From Daphnia carinata (Eukaryota): a DNA stretch of 64,000 nt. A program made the translations under genes and the position numbers. Within the stretch, counting starts at the first letter, position 1; every line of letters starts with the position of its first letter. The DNA is taken from contig NC_081331.1 of the NCBI RefSeq assembly GCF_022539665.2, positions 4,836,001-4,900,000 on the forward strand, read 5' to 3'. Below, in pieces: positions 59,501-64,000 of the stretch. Under the pieces are notes generated by a model. That model did no database searches. It had not been told where the DNA came from and saw nothing but the letters and a program-made list of their open reading frames with translations.

Positions 59501-62500
59501 TTGGACTCATTAATACTTTTTGAAATTGAAATCGTCCGTGCAAGTGAAAGCGAGGCTCATCGATAACATTTCACATGCAACGGTCGAGCTCGTCTCCGCA
59601 ATGCGACATGCTTCTTTACCTGTGCTATAGAAATGCGGCTCATGATGACCATATATGTACTCCACAAACATAGCACGCAGTAAACCAACCAAAATGATGA
59701 AGAAAGACCAATCAAATAATCGATTTTCCCACCAGCGACGTGAATATAATATCCGGACTCAACTGGTTTTCAACACCAAAAAAACCGGTTCATTGATTAT
59801 CGAAAAAAATAAACAACAAAACATCCGGGTCATAAAGTTGAAGACAGAATCCCCAAAAATGATTAGACTGATTACGACCTCTTTGGCATTGTAAAAGCTG
59901 GGGGGATGAATGAGTAACAATCAGCTTATAACACGAGGTGACATGCGCGTAAGATGCAGGATGGAATCAAAGACAAGTTTCTTTAAGGTTACCTAATGCC
60001 TACGATTGTTTGTGTTTTTTTTTTGTTTGTTTTTTTTGGAGGGGGGGGGGGGTAAAAGCGAAACGCTTGGGAAACCAGGCTGGCCTTATGAAGAACAGGG
60101 AATACCTGTACCTTTTGAAAGATAAGAACATATTTGGTCATGGCAACGAGGTCGAAAACTACAGTTTTTTTCTTTCAGTTTTGTTCACCTTGATCAAGGT
60201 CGTTCAGGTAGAAATGCTAGTTAACCTTCTCCCCCTCTAGCTCAAAAGTATATCTGCTTGTTTACTTTACTAGATGTAGGTTTCGTTCTCTTTCTCCCTT
60301 TCTTTTTTGAGTTCAAAGGAAGGGAGACCTAAAGAAGAGAATGGGCATTCAAGGAAGAAGACCGAAAAAAGAAATCCCAGGGTATGGTCACATTCGAACC
60401 TATTTCGATGTTGGCTGTCCATTTGTACACAACAAAATGCACTGTGCGACGGATTCCGGTGCGTTCACACTAGAATCCGCCTCTTTTTGGGAATCAAATC
60501 AAATGTTGAGAGCTAAATTTTTAAGTCACCATCTTTGACTTGTACGATTTTTTAAGTCTGGACGAATCTTGAAGTTATTATATCACTTTTTTTTGTTTTT
60601 TTTCTTTATTATTTCGTTTGCTTTTAGTAATGTTGCAAATTGCCTATAGGCATTATAATGTGAATTAAACGAAATGTGAAAGAGTACCATTAGACCGTTT
60701 TCTGCGTCAGTAAAATCGCCACACCTGTCAGCATCGACTCTTTATTTGTTTGTTTGCACAATTGTGGTGTGCCAGTATTTGTTTGTTTTCTATGACCAAA
60801 AGGAAATCGAAATTTTTTTTTTGTCATTCCCCAACCGGTTTTTTTAAAACGTAACCTTGTCGCCGCACATAGAATGTGAATTACACAGCGAATCTATTTT
60901 AGGTAAAATGAAAAGGAACCCAGTCTCTCGTTTAGCAGTTCGTTGTAGATGTAAATCATTGCTTTGATTTTCTATCGTACAACTGCTGATTATGCGTTGC
61001 CTCTTTTAATATTTCAATACTGTGTCCCCGAATAGTAGAAACAACCCAATCGATTTCTTTCAAAGAATCCCGATAGGCGAAAAGGTTTCGTCTAACGTTA
61101 TTCAGCTCGGCGCGCAGTGTACTTGACTATAAGCTTCGGGAATCTGTTAAAAGAACGAAGCACGTGGTATGTACACCCCAAATCCCTCGTATTGCGTGCC
61201 TTTCCTACAGTTCTCCCATACCTTTTGAAGCGATTTTACATCAGTCACCTTTAAACAAATCAAAAAGAAAACCCTCCCCGTTCTATGTGTGTCTCTTCCC
61301 CCGGCGCACGCACTTGCGTTGAACACATTCTACGATAGTGCTACTACACTTGTGTAGTACCTTCTCCGCCGGAATCCCCACTCTCCTTGGGGCTCTCCTC
61401 CCCCCGCCTCTCCCCCTGGAGCACAGCAACGCCACACGTCTGCACGGAGTTAGGGATTGGGGAGGTTTACATCGTGCGGAACAAAGCTCCGAGACTTCAT
61501 TCGACGGCCAGTTCGCGCGCTAACAACACCTGGTCGGTGCTGCACACAGTTGACTGTCTTCTGTTTTTTTCTTTCCCACCGTACAGACGACACACAGTTA
61601 AAACAATTTTTCGCCATATTTAATCCAGTTGAACAACATCGACAACGATCGCTGTCTTTCTTTTTCTACACACAAATCTATTACTTTGAAAGCTCAATCT
61701 TCAAAAGTGCAACCGCCATTTGCTTGAAGGAACGAATATTCTAGAGAAAAGTTGTTTGATATCGACATTTCGTGGCAAGGTAAGTCATTTACATTTTTTT
61801 TTCTGTGTAGTTGACTGTCTGTGCACGCCGTCTGAAATCAATGTTGCGTAAGACATGTGCTCCCCTAAAAACTGCTGGCATTACAAAGCAACGAGGATGC
61901 TAGGGAAATAAACAAATGGCTCATATCAATCATTTGCGGTTTAAAAAGAAAAAGTACAGATAGTGGTAGAGAAGACCACGATATCCCCATGAAGAAAATT
62001 CGGCTAGTAGGACGTAAAATTTCTTTCTCTAGAGAAATGTTCACAATAGCTTAAAATTATTTGTTAAAAACCTATTTTGACATGCCACAATTGTTATGTC
62101 ATACATTCAATTGCCCAACATAACCAATAGAAATTATTTTTGTATGTGTCTATTCAGGTTATCTTTAACTACAAGAGGAAGAACGCATCCAAACCGTCAT
62201 CATGCTACGCCTATTCAAGAACCCTCGAAAAGTCATGGTGCAGGTAATTAGATCTTCATTTCTTTTCCGTTAGTCCATGCAGTGCTCGTCTTTCTCCATC
62301 TGCTATCATCTATTGATTGTTGGGCGATATATAACGCAGCGGTTTCTAACGCGTTCTGGCCCCAATCGTTTTGTGCAAGCTTTGCAACTGTCAGTCTAGT
62401 ACCTGAATATCGAATAAAGACATTGGGGTGATGGGAAGAAAACAACAAAAAAAAAGGAGATCAACAGGATCGAGTTTCTTTCGCTTGCCTAACGGTTAGA

Positions 62501-64000
62501 TAGCTCGTTTTCCCATTTGCTAGTTTTTCGCCATGCTGTACTCCTTTTTCTTTTTTTTTGCGTGGCAAGATGGATCTTGCGTGTTGCGGCCGGCTGTTAC
62601 GGTACTCACGCAAATGTATTTTTTTTGCTCTGTTTTTCTGTAACCATGTCGGATTGATCCAATTCTTTTTTTTTTTGCTATAGAGATAATAATAGATGAC
62701 ACGTATCGAGCACAGGTTTTCCCGTCAACGCTAGGATAGAAAGAAAATCTCAGGATTGTTTTAGAAGCATTAACAACAAAAAAAGGCATTGCGCTTTTTT
62801 TTCTGTTTTGCGCTACAGTTGGAAGAGAGCCAAACAGTTTGCCCGCGATATTTGACGCGATGGTATAAATAGTTTGTCAGTTTGTTTTTAAGTAAAGGAT
62901 TTTAATTTTTTCCTAGTTTAACCACAAGCTGCTTCGAATGCAAGTTCAAAATTCAACAGGTTTATTTATTTTTCAAAAATATTTTTCAAGTGAATTTCAA
63001 ATGAGTGAGAGGTGACGGTTCGTGATCGAGTTTATGACCTTCGTTTTCATTGTGTTATATGCATGAGACGGCCGACAGGAAAAATTGGAACTAGGAAAAT
63101 GCAGCGGTTTTATGCGGTTTCAATGTAAATTATATAAAGAAGCGTTTTTTTTTCTTGTTTTCCATGTATCGAGGACAAAGTATGTATCATACGAGTACGT
63201 ACGTAGATGAAAAGAATGTTGACCGGGCTTAGAAAAGACTTTCAATTGAAAAGAATTTCGCGATAGTCCAGGCTTTCAAAAATTGTGTCGTGAAATCGTA
63301 ATCATTTTTTCATTGACAAGGAGGTCAGGTAATGATTACAGGTGGAAGGACAATGCGTTGCTAGAAAAGAGTAATAACCGGTTTGCTCGAAAAATGTGCA
63401 ATTAAAACGATTACCATGAAAGGAAATAATTACCAATAGTTGAAACAATTTGACTTCAAGGCACTCACCTTTTAGTAGTAACCATGGCCTTATTCCAACA
63501 ATGCGCTAATGTTATTACAATCGCATAAAAAAATTTTTTTATGGCGTTTAATATTTTTTTTTTTTGCGTATCACGAAAAGCTGGTAAACACTTTCGGTTC
63601 TTGTTTGCTGCTGACTTGCAGCTATTCATTTTGCACAGGTACGCGATGGTACCATTCACTGATCGAATGGAAAAACCCATGGTGCGGATCAAGTTTTTTC
63701 TTTGGATGCTTTTCTTTTTTAATTTTATTTGAGGTGGATTACATAAGCAAAAACAGGTAGAAGAAGACAAGGGGGTGTGCCCTTTTCCACTTCTATCCAC
63801 CTATCGTGCTGGGAAACTGAGCGCGCCTGGTACAGTCTGACACGAAAGACATTTTCGCTCCAGGTGAAATTTTGTCTAGTTCCATACATCTTTTAACTCT
63901 GGCTCTCAGTTTCTTATCTCCTGACTCCTGTCGTTTTAAATAAAAGAAGAAAAAAAAAGGAGCTGCGTAGTCCTTTTTCCTTCTATGTATGGGTTTTTTC

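Noticed and set aside
56700..64000. Short ORFs and isolated splice-like signals (e.g. donor at about 61780, mini-exon at about 58002-58030)
   Set aside because: No recognisable protein; these may be UTR exons of neighbouring genes but cannot be supported from sequence alone.

Overview
Eukaryotic, AT-rich DNA with many ~60-80 bp introns; the organisation looks like a cladoceran crustacean (Daphnia-like), which is inferred, not proven. From left to right: ~9 kb with no convincing coding sequence; MELK and a ZCCHC7/Air-like zinc-knuckle gene; an unusual ~10.5 kb block (about 15.7-26.2 kb); seven same-strand chitin-binding peritrophin-A/mucin genes (26.7-45.9 kb); a compact housekeeping cluster (RABGGTA, BRD7/9, NEDD8, APRT); a type II membrane SEA-TSP1-LDLa gene; and ~7 kb non-coding. 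The 15.7-26.2 kb block is the most interesting. Two intronless, convergent ORFs there share upstream DNA, an N-terminal membrane anchor with related repeats, and a ~350 bp downstream segment, but have unrelated C-terminal halves; one carries an intronless NET1/ARHGEF3-like RhoGEF module. Between them lie a decayed FBH1 helicase copy and a non-autonomous Mutator-like element with ~76 bp TIRs and a 9 bp TSD. All gene models and alignments were made by eye; coordinates of multi-exon genes run from start codon to stop codon.
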